Notes: generated by a model not told the origin, from the letters alone. Counted from the first letter of the whole stretch, positions 37,654-52,425 are shown. The stretch is DNA of 63,933 nucleotides, filler included, from Choristocarpus tenellus KU-1152 (GCA_964200185.2; 12 parts of 12 records of this genome joined end to end with filler, not necessarily neighbours in it), one strand, 5' to 3'. Numbers and translations are program-made.

Positions 37654-40600
37654 GGGCGGGTTTCGGCAATGTAATCCCTTCTCCTCGGTTCCAGGGCCAA
37701 ATTATCGTCTGGAGCAGATCTCTGACCTCTAACCAAGGACCTATGTGACCTCCAATGTCCCACAGTTGAAGGTCGGAAAATCCAGTCTAAGGTTCGATCC
37801 GTAATCGAACCTCCTTTCCACGGGTCCCTTTTCCTGATATCGAGTAGAGATGAACTTGTGACCGCGCACAGGAATAAAGTATTTCTCCTATATCATGGAG
37901 CAGGGCATCAACCACAACTTGAAGCACCAGTTCCTACCTCCCTTTCTTCACTAGTAAGCAAACCCTGGGGGGTCTGATTTTTTAGTCAAACGCTCAAAAC
38001 CTAATCGATTCCCGGTAAAGTTCGACTCCACCAATATAATACAATAATGTGTGTGTGTGCGCGCATTGTTGTAGAGATGTGTAAGGGAAAGAACAGATGC
38101 CACACATTGTACAAGTTGGTTTTGATGAATACACCGTTAAAAACAATATCAATTTTATTGAACAACCATGCACAGAAAATATCACCAAAGTTACTTGATG
38201 TAGGAATAATCTTGTCACAAAAGTTCCAAGTTTTGGTCGGAGTTTCATGAAATAAGCGAAACTTCTGGAAGTACGAAGATTATCCAATCCAAGAGTCCGA
38301 ACTACTTCGAAGTTGATTTCAGTGGAACATGTGAAATTGGATGAAGTAAAAGAAAGAGTGATTCCACACTCCACATTCCACACTCCACACCTCACTATTT
38401 AGACGTTGAACGGTAGGAATACAGCGTTATAATATAACAAGAATAGCAGGTAGAAATACGTATTTGCGTAGAATTTGTATATTCAAATATATAATACACA
38501 CACCTATCACAGAACCACCGTTTAGAGACACATGGAGGATGGAAATCCCCACATCATTGACGGGAGTTTCCGTACGGATGCGGCATTCCATCCTGGGGCA
38601 CTATCCAACGCAACTAAGGGGATTTCTGCGTGTCAAGACTCATCTACAAACAACACCATCGCTACTCCTACTGGTGAGGTCCAGAATCGCGCAAGCACAA
38701 CAACGGGTGTTTTGACCCTCGTATTTTTAACCTCAATACCTTCATGGAAAAATAAAAACCTTCGGTCGTGTTGGTACACAAGCAGAGCAAATATATTCTG
38801 GATGCGGCTACCTGTGATGGTTCATGTAGGGGGTGGTAGGGGGGCTGCATGTTTTAGCAAGATGGGAGCAGTGAAGGGACGTGTGATACAGGTTGTGGAC
38901 TTCACGGTACAAATGGCAATTTCAAGACATTTCAAGCTAGAGATAGGGGGTTGGTACCAAAGTCACCAGGCTTGACAAAGCCGTATGAGACTCTGTTTCT
39001 AGATTGTCTTACACGTGCAAATTAGGTCCTATTCCAGGTTTCTTGTTTTCTTGTTTTCAAATATGTCTAACATCTACAACCTTTGGTGCTTGTGTATGGT
39101 ACTACTGACTACTACTATCTGTGTCTGTATGCCTGCGAGTATTGTTGTTGTGTTTGTTGTATTATTTGCTTCTTGTTCCGAATGGAGCATATAAACCATG
39201 TAACGTAGTAAAACTGTAATGTCGAGATGTGTGTTATTTCACTTCTATATCTACTATCTAGTAAAATATTACATATTATTATGTCTGTGAGTTTGTTCCA
39301 GGGATTATTGCGTAGAAAGGACAAGGAATATTACGGGGAAACCATCCCAAAAACACTGTAATAGGGTCGAGACGTGTCATGCGTTTTTTTAGTTGGAGAC
39401 ACCAGGGGGATTGGCAAGGAGGGGCCTGTCAGATTCTTGGGATGCTTCCATAGTTCCTCGCTCGGGATTATAGGCCTAAGCTAGGCTGGAGTCATAAGAG
39501 GGGATTGGTGTAGCATAGCTGGTAGTAAAATAGTGATTGGATGATAGAAAAATGTCTTTCACATTTATGACAGCTGTTACTTTTTCAGGGGTTGTTCTGA
39601 CATAAAATTGGCTTTTCATCGGTTTTTCCCCTGATACGTCTGCAAAATGTCAGAGGGCATAATAATATAATAATAGATATTATAGGAAAGGGGATATGAG
39701 CGGCAACAGAACGTCGTAATACCAAAATAGATACAGATAAATATTGTAGGAAAGGGATGTCAAATCCCGTTTGAGACGGCATCCAATACTATTATAACAC
39801 AGGATCTTTTGAACTCAGAATCACTCATTGAAACAAACCCCAGTGGCATTTTGTAGGACTTTGAATTGTTTTGGCCATACAGTTTTGTGAGGGAACAAGG
39901 AGAAATTTTATCTTGCATAGAGTACTCTGTCCTCGGACTAGACCTTGCTGAAATTAGGCCCAATCTGGCCCTGTGTGGTAATCGTATGAGCGTTCTGTTA
40001 GGATTTCAAGGTGGGTTGTACCCTCCTCACTCAGTGACGCTGATGATGTCTGTTGTTTCTTTGTTTTGTCATAACCTCTAATGTTTAATGTTGTGCGTAT
40101 AGTTTATTGTCCCACTATGCCTATTATTACTACTACTACTTCTACCAGTTCTACAACCACTACCACTACTACCACTACTACCACTACCACCACTAAATAC
40201 ACTGACACCTGTGCCCACGTCGTGAGCAATACCTGCACTTCTTCTGTTGCAGGCGAATAGTGCGAGTATTTCTTCCCACGCTTTAACTGGCGCGAGCAGT
40301 ATATACGCGTGGGGAACCCCAAAAGGAGGAACTCCGATTTGCCTATAAAAGTTGCAGAATAACCTGTAACTCGGGTAGTTGCAGAGGGTCATGGATGGAT
40401 GGTCGGAAAGGGTTCTCAGATACATACCAGTATTTACATACCCGAAAAAACCCCAAATAGCAAATAATGACGATTAGAGTTCCTAAAAACGGCTCAAAAC
40501 GGTTCAGTTATTCTGACCTAAAAGACGCTCATAGCTCACTCTTATTTCTGATATCAAACTTTATATACTTTTCTTATATGGATTGATTAATTTAAGAGTA

Positions 40601-41936
40601 CCCCTGTTCAGCTGAGCTGACGTTCGATAATCTGTGAATTGGACTTGACTTGTACATCCTGGGAAGGTGAGCATTGAGGGGCGGCTGTAACACTTCTTCT
40701 CTGCCCCCTTCTTCTAGCGTTGTTGCTGTGGTTGTTAGTGTTACTCGTAATTATCTGTAGTCAATGGTCCTTTCTTCGTTATTATTGTGTACTTCTAGTA
40801 GCAGTAGAGAACTTTTTGGATTTCAACTGTATTATTGTGTATTGAGTGAAAACAGTGTCAATAACAGTAGTAAGAAAAAGATGGAGAACAAGAAGAACGA
40901 CGAGTAAAAAGGTAAGGAACAACACTAGGAATTGCACTATTATTACTAACCCTGAGTAGATGCAATGCTAAAGAGATGACCAACAGCAAACCACTACTCA
41001 CTGTTGGCTGTGCTGATACAGCATGATAACAAAAACAGGCACTTCGCCATACATCAACAATAATACCAACAATAGCAAAAAACGCCCCCTTGCCTAAATT
41101 GGCATGCTCGCCCATATGCCACCAAAATCCCAATTGCATGTATGAAGCAACAAGAGTAATCTAGGGTAGCTCTAGAGAAGGAATATATATATATATATAT
41201 GTATATAAACAAGAGAGAGGAGGGAGGAGGGGGAAGGGAAAATAAAAGTGTTTTATAGTCTTGGTGTTGCCCTGATCTCTCAACTACAAATTCATTGTGA
41301 ATTCAAGAGGTCAACAACAATAACCCTCTTTAATAGTTTGGAAACGGGCGTGGTGCTTCAAAATCTTACCGAACATGGAGGTAGACAATGACAATAAAAA
41401 AAAACATAGAAAGGAGGAATTATTTTTTCAGTGAGTGGAACAGATACTATGGTAGAAGATCTGAGTCCTCAAGAACCTAAACGAGTAGTGCCGTACGAGC
41501 ATGTAGCGGAGTTGTTTAGCAAGTTGGAAGTGCAAGCTGCGCAGGGATGCATGGACCAAGTGTCCTTTCTGAAGAAAAAAAAAAAAATGGAATGNNNNNN
41601 NNNNNNNNNNNNNNNNNNNNNNNNNNNNNNNNNNNNNNTTAATTAATTAANNNNNNNNNNNNNNNNNNNNNNNNNNNNNNNNNNNNNNNNNNNNCTCCTC
41701 TCTCCCTAGGGATCTGCTGGCGGTTAGTTTGAACTCGACGGGGGGGATCTGGCATGTGGACTCCGGGAGTTGTGCGGAGGCCCATGCATTTGCCCTTTGT
41801 CCACGTATTGAATTGAAAAGAAAACCTGGGACTGGTTTGGCAGGACGAGGGGGGCTAGATCAAGACGACCCCCAAGAAAGTGGATCAAGACAGAACCCGA
41901 GCAATCCTTCGTACAGTTGAAAGAGAGAAAGGCTCT

Positions 41937-42195
41937 GAGCCAAAGTATCTGAGACGGTAGAGCCGCGTCCATTTGGGGTCCACAATGCAATATTGTGTTT
42001 TTGATATAATTTTGGCCATTGTGTTTGTTGGGAAGTGTCAATATCCATGTTCTGGACACACCTTTTCATAACGTATACATTTTACCTACTCCGAAATGTT
42101 TTGGAGTAGGAAAATGTCATCAAAAAACCCATGGGAAGCCAAGACCCAAATGGACAAACAGGGCAAAACTCGTACCCTCTAAGATACTCTCACTC
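41937..42195 (+). mobile_element. MITE family B, full copy
   Basis: gagccaaagtatctgagacggtagag ... taccctctaagatactctcactc; colinear with 8280-8563. Confidence 0.9.
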
Positions 42196-42879
42196 TCTAT
42201 GGAAAGGCGGGAATGCTTCAGAACAAGAAATACAATTGGTATGGAAAAGTCCACAAGGCAAGGGGGATGATGACCGTGACAATGAAAAACATCGTAGATT
42301 AGAGTATGATAGGAATGGGACATGAGTAGTGAAGTGGGAGATTCAGACACAATGCCAGGGGTATCAGGGGTTAATCCATAGAAGAAGAAATAATGACGGA
42401 ATGACCACGATGTTATCAATGTTATGGTGGAGTGAAACAGGATAGAGGCATAAATAATTAATCGGGTCGATTCCTACGGTAGTGGTCTTGGCAAAGGTGG
42501 GAGTACTGTTACAGGAATAGCGCGAGTATTTCTTCCCATGTTTTAGCAAACACGAACATTTGTGACAGACGTATAGTGTGAGGATTGTTTCTTGCATTCT
42601 AACAAGTGCAAACAATATACGATATTAGTAACACATAGATAGGTAGCCTTACAGAATAAATGCAGACTTCATTTAACTCTTTGGTAGGTGGGGATTAGAG
42701 GTGGAGTGAATGCAATGGAAGTAAGAATTGGGTTTTGCGAGTAGATGCATGGTCGGCGATATATGATGATTACAAACGAGATGCGATAGTTAAAAGAAAG
42801 GGACTGGGCGAGAGCATCATATTGGAAAATGTGGAGGTAAAGAAGAGTAGATCAATCCAAAGATGGGGGGAGGGGAATG

Positions 42880-43195
42880 ATTAACCGAGTTCCTGCACCA
42901 CCCTGCGTACAAATTTGAGATAACCTTGTGGATAAAGGGCTACTGCTTATAACGGTAGGTTGCATTGGAGAGCTTCAGATTGCTTGAAAAAAAAAGTAGG
43001 GATTGGGACTATGGTGGATGACTGTTTAAGGAAGATTCGTGGGCATCCTTTCTACCGCCATCGGCGTGTGTTGGCGAACCTGTCCTCCTGCCCTAGGGTA
43101 GGGCAGGTATGGGCATGTCTGGTCTCTACATTCTGTCTCCTGCAACCAGTGACCAGGCACCTCTTTGATAAGGACTCCTCTCTCCCTAGGTATCG
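42880..43195 (-). pseudogene. CRE-like retrotransposon relic
   Basis: Nucleotide similarity to 31460-31580 (cctgccct.ggg..ggcatgtctggt..acatt.tg.ctcctgca.cc). Confidence 0.6.
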
Positions 43196-44124
43196 ACTGA
43201 TCCGTGTGTACAAATTATTCTGTACACCTTCTGATCGTGCTGAAGACTGCTTGTGTTAGACACAAAACTAGACACGCACACAAATGAAACTCTACGGCTA
43301 CTTTTGAACCTTACGTAAAAAAAATACTAAGTGCTTCACAAGATATATGCCACCAGGACGATAGTTGCGACCTGTACATTGCTCCTGCTGCTATTGATAG
43401 GCCATGTACCAAAGCTGCAGGTATGGTTTGCCAGGCCATAGACGCCTGTTGAGTAGCCTGATACTTGAATGAAGTGAAGGACTCTATCCATTGAACAAAC
43501 CGTTTGATCTTTTCCGCATGCTTTTACAAATTCATAGTTAAACTTGTGCATATGCCTATTGAAACCTGATTTTGTATGAGTTGTGTGTTGTTGTGATGTG
43601 TCTGGTTTGTGATGAAGGAGATCATAGCACAACAAAGCACCGATGAATTAGGTAGGTCTGATGATATGTTGTATTCGGTCAGACAGTTTTCGATGTGGAG
43701 GTATGTTTGATTGTGCTGTGATTAGTACGGTTAGAGGCAAGTGTGTGTCATAGTGCGACAAGATACCCGTGGGTTCGGTTTGATGTGTCTGAAGGGATTT
43801 CTTACTCCATCAGACTTTGGTTGAAGTGAGATGGGTACTGGTATGTCTGTGGCATGTTCTACTCAAGCAGACGGCGATTGATAGAAACTGTGTGATCTTC
43901 CATTGAGATATTCAAATGAAGAAATTAATCCTCTGTGAAGAGGGCTGCCACCTTGGCAGAGAAGGGTTTCGAAGAATGGTTTTAACTCAGTCTATATTTC
44001 ATCCCGGTGTGTGTCTTATACATGTTGCAGAGTGATGGGATATTTTGTAGTAGGCAATGCCAGTCAAGTAAAAAATGAGAATCAACACATGCTATATGCA
44101 ACTGATAACTTGCGTGAAAAAGAA

Positions 44125-44291
44125 GAGCCAAAGTATCTTAGAGGGTAGGGTCGCGTCCATTTGGGGGCCAAAATCCAATGCTGCAATTTCGATGTATTTT
44201 CGGTTATTGTGTTTGCTAGGAAGTGTCAATACCCTTGTTCCGAACACACCTTTTCATAACGTATACATCTTACCTACTCTGAAACATTTCG
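44125..44291 (+). mobile_element. MITE family B, truncated by gap
   Basis: gagccaaagtatcttagagggtagggtcgcgtccatttgggg.. Confidence 0.88.
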
Positions 44292-44629
44292 NNNNNNNNN
44301 NNNNNNNNNNNNNNNNNNNNNNNNNNNNNNNNNNNTTAATTAATTAANNNNNNNNNNNNNNNNNNNNNNNNNNNNNNNNNNNNNNNNNNNNAATAACCAA
44401 AATCCCCCGCACCCCCCCCTACCCAATACTAATCAACCCCCCCCCCCCCCCCCCTCCCATCATGAAATCTACACTATGCAGCTTTCTTTTTCTTGCTGTG
44501 GTGTCCACATCTGGAACTCGTTTCAACCATGACAGGAAGGTCAGATTGATTTTTTTTTTTTTAATTACGATGAATATGACAGTAACTGTTGCAACAGGGG
44601 GCAGGTAATTATGAAAAAAATCTGGTCAC

Positions 44630-45660
44630 CTTGAAGCCTGTGAGGTCTGGAGCCACGATCTCCAAGCGACGGGATGGGTCCACAATGAACCGTCCTGTTG
44701 ATAGATAGGACAATGATGTAGTTGGGGGAGGTAGGGAAGAAGATCGTGTGTCAAATCTGACAAAAGATCAAAGCAGAGGGGCCGACCAGTCATCTTTGCA
44801 GAGGATTCAATGGTGCAGATGTGTAATTTGAACTGTCTAGTTAAGATGCACAATGTTAACATGTGCCATGAGTAGAAAAAACAAGATCAAGACTCTTCCT
44901 GCCTTTCTCTTCCTTGGTATTTTGTAGTGGTCTCATCTTTCTGCAATTCACATACATTTTTTCCTCCTCGGTCAAGTTCTGTTCCTCTTGAAAGGAGCCG
45001 ATAACCGTAAGAAGTGTTATGGTGCCCGACTGATTCCTTTGTCACAGATAACCTAGGTCATATGGAAGAACTAACACTCAAGTCAGCGTGCTAGCTCTAG
45101 GAAAGAGAACAAAACGACACTTATAGGGCTAAGGAATAATTGTGAGTATCAACTCTAGCAAAAACAAGCCCACACAAACATGACCCCTCCCCCCACTCCT
45201 CTACCCCTTACCCCCCCAGAAAACAGTGCATTTTAGCTCCAGGAGGTTGTATCAGTTAGTCACCGCACAGGTGCGTATCCTCTGCTTTGCGTTCAATCTC
45301 CTTTGATCTTTCGCCTCGTGTAGGTGAATGCAATGCCCAAGTGAAACCTCCTCCAACCCGAGTGCCACATTAATGGGTGGGGTCTGTATCTAGTGTTAGC
45401 ACTCAATCGTGGGTCTCGGCTACGAAGTACTCAGCACATTGCAATCCGAGTGTTGTCACCTTAAAAACACTGTCCCAATCTTCCCTTTAACTTCACCACC
45501 CACCTCGACTGTTGAGCCATCCTTCCTTTCGCGCTCCCTTTCCCTTGTAGTAGTTTTTATTACCCATCTTAGATGTCATTGGTATCCGCTTCCGAGCAGC
45601 CTTCGAGATGTACTTCGACATACGGAGTCCACCTCGAGCGATATCACCCAACAGAGGCAT
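44630..45660 (-). CDS. MRPL41: Mitochondrial ribosomal protein mL41 (MRP-L27 family), last exon missing
   Basis: Exons 45504-45660 and 44630-44694 join in phase: MPLLGDIARGGLRMSKYISKAARKRIPMTSKMGNKNYYKGKGARKEGWLNSRG-RFIVDPSRRLEIVAPDLTGFK. Matches the mL41 signature (TSKxGNKNYYKGKG..G.F...PDLTGFKLKPYV). Not shown in the ORF track. Confidence 0.9.
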
Positions 45661-46297
45661 GTCCAAAAGTTGACTACCGACAACTTAATCCCGTGCACCT
45701 TCACTTTGCCAACGCACTAGTCAGTGCCAGCTGCTCTTGTAGGGTCAGACAAATGTTAGGGTCAGCTTTGAAGGCTTAGCTGGAGGCTAGAGGGTTGGTC
45801 TTTGATGGAGGAAAGGGATCCATTTTCGGTGCGCACAAGCCACAATATATATTCTTATATTATTTTAATCAAGAAAAGTTATACTTGACACTTGAAACAA
45901 TAACATGCTATGGTAGGCACGTCCATTTCTTGCTTAAACAGATGCGTGTCGTGTCTCACTTCACCGTACCTGTTTTCCTTTCAAACTTGACTTCCTCCCG
46001 TACCCCTCTTTGGAAGATACACCAGTCTAAATTGTTGGTACCGCACAGAGATGAAATATGCTGTCTGGGGTATTGGTGTTGAGTTGCTCTCCAGGTATGA
46101 CCCCCTTGAGTACAGAATTTGTACATCCAGACAAGAAACAACCCTAGGCAACGCCATCCTAAGGTCGAAAACCACATATACCTGAGCCTACCCAATAATT
46201 TGAGGGGCACAAAAGAACAAAGTTGAGTTAGTTAAGGGTCTTAAAAAGGATTCGTAGAAGCCTCATAATTTAGTCGTGTCCTGGCTACCCTCAAAAA

Positions 46298-46936
46298 ATG
46301 TTCCAGGGAGCAGGAGGGTTCGGGGGGATGGGGGGAGGCGGAGGAGGAGGTTCCAAGGGCTTTGGTCAATGGTACGCCGATATGCAGGAGGAGAAGGAGG
46401 TGATCTTCCCCCTTCCCCTCACGCATTACGGCCATGTTGTGTGTTTCCCTTTTTTTGAGTTTGAACTGTTTTTGGTCTTTTCTTCTCAGCCCATACCTCG
46501 CAACAGTGTTGCTGTTAGTTCGAGACGAGTGTATTGAGTGCAGCTCCTGTGCCTTCATTGTTGTTCGGCGTGTTCGTCAATAGATTAGAGCGCGGAGTCA
46601 TGTCCGTCATGTTTCTATTCGAGCATCTACCTCAAATGACTATAATCAAGGTCTTACTGGTATGACTGGTCTTCTTTTCCTATTTTCACCGCATTTCTAG
46701 TGCGCACCTGTGTGAGCGGAATGTTGATTATCGGTTACGTCTTTCAAATTTTTCTTGTAAGCACAACCCTCCCTTCTGGTATGTTGCGTAGGGACAGCTG
46801 GCGGGAAAAGATGGGGATGCGGGGGATGGGGATGCGAAGGGGAACTGGCGCTTTTGGCAGGGAAGCGAGAAGAAGACAGACGGCGCGTCAACGTCGCTCC
46901 TTCCCACTTTTATTACTGGGAAGCCAGCGGATACGA
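46298..46936 (+). CDS. 5' exons of an unidentified gene (possibly an SFT2/Got1-like N-terminus)
   Basis: Exons 46298-46399 (MFQGAGGFGGMGGGGGGGSKGFGQWYADMQEEKE) and 46792-46936 (GQLAGKDG..WRFWQGSEKK..SLLPTFITGKPADT) join in phase with GT-AG. Divergent from MRPL41. The product guess is weak. Confidence 0.55.
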
Positions 46937-49187
46937 GTGAGTTTTCTGACACAGGGTAGGTTAGGGTGACAACCTTGAGGTGTGAACTTGGAATAGTCCC
47001 AGTTCGGTATACTTCTGGAATATGCCTTGAGATACTTTCTCTTACATGAGGGCAAATTGCCAGTTTGGACGTTCACTTCCAGCACGACATAACGCCCTCT
47101 TACCGGTTCACATTTCACGATGAAAGGGGATGAAAATACCATGGCATCCCTGGTTGGTGGGAGATTCGACGATAGACAAAATCCTCAAACGCAACATCGT
47201 TTTCAGGTTGAAAGAAACGTCTATGTGGGTGCAAGGCCCCGTCTTTTACTCAGGATTGGGAGGTCAGAAACTTACCAACTCGATGAACTGTACGATAGGA
47301 AACTAAGAACGTAAGTACTCTCCTCACTACAATCCGTGAAAGTGGGCAGATGCAGTGAATCTGTACACGAAACTATCGTAAGCTTGTGTATTTGTTCACC
47401 TCGACGCATCAACCACGGTACGGTCAACAAGTCCCTGAGTGCTGTGTGGCGATGTCGTGGGTGTGATCGAGTCTATACACCCTGAGCTCCCTCGGGAGGT
47501 GCAGAAGAGTGAGCTAGATACTCAGAACGGCCAAGAAAAAAGTAGCTTTATGTTGTTGAACCGTGTAATCCGAAACGTTGTGAACGGCGGTAGTGTACCA
47601 ACACATCCTGGCTGGAAGTGGTTAGTTTCATATATTGAGTCGGACAAACATGTTGCATGTAGATTCGTCTCTCATCCACAGCACAGAAAAATATTATGTT
47701 TGTGACACTGCAGGTGGTATGAAGACCGGCCTGAGAAATATCTATTGTGTAATCTCCATCTTAATACGATACAGGAGGTGGGTTGAGCAAGCAAGCACTT
47801 GCTAATGATAACGGTGTCATTTTTTTTTGTGCAGTAACTGTAGTAACTGTAGACACCTATTGCTTATGTAAGGCTTGTCGTAGAACACTGCATCTGATCT
47901 AGACTTGAAAGAAAGAGCCATAGTTTGTTTATCCAGGTTCTTTTTGTGTGTGAAGACTGCCTGTTTGCAGGGGTCATTTACATCATGGTTGAAGTTGGAG
48001 TATGGATTTTTTGGATGGGCACTCTCACAACTGTGTGTTCTAATAGTGATTCCATTGTTTTTGCTGGTACTACTATGCATTTTACATTCCAGTTTGTTTT
48101 AATCATGCCTTGCCTTGCATAACACCCTAAGCAGCAGTATATTTATGTTCACATAGATAGAGCACATATGTATGTGTGTATGTGTGTGTGTGTTGAGTTG
48201 TTGCCTGCTTGTTCTTATTAATACACAGTAAGTGATTGGAGGTGTGTGTGTATGAATGTATGTATGTACGCCTATCCATGGAGTCTCATGTGTTTGCCTG
48301 TATACATATGATTGTGAAATATGATGCATGCATATACGTACATATGCATGAACTGCGCACACCTGCATGTGAGGGTATATGCAGATATGTGTAATCACTG
48401 CCCTATTTCTTTGTCCTTAGGGTTATTTTTCGCATCCGTCAGAGGGCCTCCAGATCCATTATCTGACAACAAGAAACGAAAAGAATCGTATCGAAAGGTT
48501 TTAAGGTCCCTTCATGTATGTTCAAGGTGTATGTTCAAATATTCTCTTGACGTGTCCGTACAAGGTGTATGTATGTAGCCTCATCTAAGACTGTATTTAG
48601 TCACTCGTGTGTTCCGAAAGCAATTTTTTATTTTTTTAAGAATAATAATAATAATAATAATAATTTTGAATGACTCGTATTCATGCTTTGTGTGTCCTTT
48701 GGGAGCGCGAGATCGGAGCAGTCCAAGATTGGTTTCAAGACGACCTCGATGGGATTTTCGATCAATCTCGTCGAGTAATTTTTTTGGTTTTTTGTGTTAA
48801 AATAATGGTAGTGCTCATTGATTTGAATTAAAAAAAAAAAAATGAACAATAAAAGTACAAATTACTTCGTTATTGTTCTCTACTCTGCCGAAGAAGAAAA
48901 TATTGTTTTTTAATTGTTCTATTTCTGTGTGCCTTCGATACACAGAAATGTTTTGTTCGACTCTGTGTTTTAAATGTCAAATAACTAGACTATAACTTTT
49001 TTTAATCTTCTGTCTTGCAAGCAGCCGACCAATAAAATACAGATTCTCTCGACAGTACGGACACGCTCCTACTATTGATGCTATACACTGTACTCATCTG
49101 CTGTATTGATCATAACTATATAATCTGTTGAATAAAAAAGAAATAGTAATAGTAATAACAAAGGCGTTTGAGAGGGGACACGAATGC

Positions 49188-49475
49188 AGGGGGGAGGGGG
49201 GGTTCTGCTCCACAGTGTCCATTTGGGCCCTGACCAGGAGAAGTGCACTTCCATTATCTATCTGATGCATGCCACCAAATTCACCTAATAATTGCGACAT
49301 AGAAAAATGGACCCAGATGAAGAGCCAGTCACCCCCCCCCCCCCCCCCAGTTATTCCTTCTAAACCTGGAACTATAGGAANNNNNNNNNNAATACACAAA
49401 AAAATTAAAAAAAAAAAAAAGGGACCAAAAAAAAAACCCACCCCCCCCCCCCCCCCCCCCCAGATACTTTGAGCC
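49188..49475 (-). mobile_element. MITE family A, degenerate and interrupted by a 10-N gap
   Basis: gtgtccatttgggccctgaccaggagaagtgcactt.. and terminal cccagatactttgagcc. Confidence 0.7.
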
Positions 49476-50001
49476 ACTCTAATGCAATTGTCAATATTAG
49501 GGTTGGGGTTACGGAATATTGATCTGCAGGTCTCTCCTACCTCTGTGGATATATATATTGTATTGGTGGTCTTGTCTGAGCTTGTCACTTTCATTGGATG
49601 ACTCTGGTTGTTGAAGTATTTTGATCTTGGAGGGAAAGGAGACAGGCGGTGTTGTTGAGGGTTAGGGTTAGGGTTGGATGGTTCAAGGTTAGGGATTGGG
49701 TTGGATGTGATCCCCCTCCCTCTTCTAGTGTAGAATCAGACAGGTGTATAAATAAACAATATTTTGTGTACAGCTGTCATTCACTTATTTGTTGAGTGTA
49801 TTGGATGAGTTGGGGGGGGGGGGGGGGGGACACCTTGTCGGGGTTTTTATTTTGAAACCTGTTTTTNNNNNNNNNNNNNNNNNNNNNNNNNNNNNNNNNN
49901 NNNNNNNNNNTTAATTAATTAANNNNNNNNNNNNNNNNNNNNNNNNNNNNNNNNNNNNNNNNNNNNCCACCCACTCCCCCCCCCAACAAAAAAAAAAAAA
50001 C

Positions 50002-50038
<37 letters not shown>

Positions 50039-50790
50039 TGCCATCCCTTTCTTTTCAGCATCACCTTCAACCATTTGTGGGGTGGTACATTGAGCTGAAC
50101 AGTTCACAAGATGGAGGGGGGGGGGGAGGGGGGTTAAAAAATAAGTCATTATGAGGTCACCCTAACCCTAACCCTAAATGATTCAGACGTAGTCTAAACA
50201 GTCCTCTATTCTACACTGCACCACCACAATAAAACGCCTTCCAAATGCTGAATGTTTTTTCTTTTTCTTTTGACCCTAACCCTGCAAACCATGCGAACTG
50301 ATATTTAACGAGGGCATTATTCTTAAAAAAAAAACAAAACATGTTTCCACCAGATGAACCGGTGATTCTACAAAATTATAATTAAAAAAAATTCATAATC
50401 ATATTTGTTGTTACAAACCTTGCCCAGGTTAGACAGACCCTTCAACAGCTGCATTTTGCCAAGGGATCATTTCATCTCGGTGCTGAACAAAACTAACCTA
50501 AACCCTAACCCTACAAAATAACTCTGGGTGCATTCCCTTCCAAACGAAACGCCTTCCTCGATTCAATACGCGTGCAGTCTATCTGTGCGGATACTCTAAG
50601 TTCTGGTCTTGTTTTGAATATCTCATTCTGAGAGCTGATAACAACAACAACAACAACAACAATAATAATGATGATAAAATAATAAAAATGCCTCTCCAAA
50701 ACTTACTAAAACCCAACCGTACAAAAACTCTCTACCCATTCTTCGACCAATCGTAAGTTAGTCGGTACAGAGCTTTTAAACTCAATAAAA

Positions 50791-50828
<38 letters not shown>

Positions 50829-52218
50829 CGGAGAAAATCAAATAAATAAAACAATATAATGTTATCAACAAAAAGTAGTAGGTTCGAGGTTCTAATCCTT
50901 GATAGGCATGCTTCCATCCCTGGGGGGGTGGGGGGGGGAAAATTTGACAAAAATCGACATGCATCATACTCAACCCACACACCATCACCATCCATCTAGA
51001 GCCATGATATAGTTGATCCCCAGATACACCATCATTCCTACGAATAATCCGAACAAACCCCAGCACCCCCCTGACACATTTCAGGGTTAGGGATACAACA
51101 GAAATGTATACGAACCCCTAACCCTACACAGGGCACTCATTGCTACTGTAAATATCAACGGTAGGAGGGGAGAGAGCATTGGGACAGCGTGCACACTACT
51201 ACTTTGACAGTGTAGAGTCTTCAAACAAAGAAGGGTGCAGCAGGTTCAGTGTCCACACACAAGAGATCGTTCTTACTGGTCCCAAATTGTTGCTTTCTCC
51301 TCTCTGGAAAATATGTTTTACATTCAAGTTCGGGTTTTTTCTCGCCCCCCCCCCCCCCCCCCCAGGCTACACCACTAACTCGAAAGAATGAGGCTGCTTG
51401 TTGTGAGGCTACACCATTCAAATCAACATCAAAAACAGAAGGAGCTCGGGCGCATGAGTCCACGAACTCCAAACCCCACTGGAAACATAATGGGCAAGGG
51501 TTAAGGGTCAGGGCTAAAACCCTGTAACCCTAACCCTATACACACACTTCCGGCAGTGGGAAAAAAAAAAAGTTGAGAGGAGTGGCGGGTCAAAAAAGTT
51601 AATAAACAAAGAAAGAGTACAGTCCCGACCAATCAGCGGTGGTACATTGTCTGATACGCCTTCCATGACAGCAGGGAGTCAAACAGACACTTCTGTTACA
51701 CTCCTATTATTGAAAGATTGTCATCCTGCCATCGACCAATAGCAACACTGCTAGAAAGAGACGGTGAGAGCACCGCCCTAGAACCACCCATCAGATTCAA
51801 TTCAAATCATACCGTATACATGTCGGTATACATATACCCACCCCATGCTATCCCAAACGCCTTCGGAGTATGCTTCCACACATAAACCCAGCGAGTGGAA
51901 CTTCTTCCCCCTTCAGAAAAACAAAAACAAACACTACTACGATTTTAACACCACCTTGACATTCCGGATGGATGGATGGATGGATGGGCCAGCAGTAGTA
52001 CTTGTAGTAGCACCATCATATATATATTTTTTTCATACAAAAAACATTTAACCGTCTTCCCTCAAAATCAGACACTTTTATTTTCTTCTCCCCTTTCCTG
52101 CTCTATAACAAATAAATGTCCTCCTAATCTCTACAACAATATATATATTAATATATATTCATTTCTCAGAAAACAAGCAACCCCCCCCCCCCCCCCCCCC
52201 CGCCTGCCCAGGCCTCAC

Positions 52219-52425
52219 CGGTTGGTAGAGCTCCACGTGCTTTGCCATGGGGTTGGCGGAACGAGATGTCTCCTCAAGCTCCTCTGCGATCCTCTCCTCC
52301 TCTCCCTCCATCTCATCCTCCTCCTCTGCCTGCCCCATACCTACCTCAATCAACTCCCCCTCTTCACCATCACCCCAGAAGTCGGCCGAGAGCTCAACTT
52401 CCTCTTCTGCAGGGGCTTTCCTAGC
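52219..52425 (-). CDS. Acidic internal exon of an unidentified gene
   Basis: cacag|ARKAPAEEEVELSADFWGDGEEGELIEVGMGQAEEEDEMEGEEERIAEELEETSRSANPMAKHVELYQP|gtgagg; 207 nt, phase 0-0. Confidence 0.65.
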
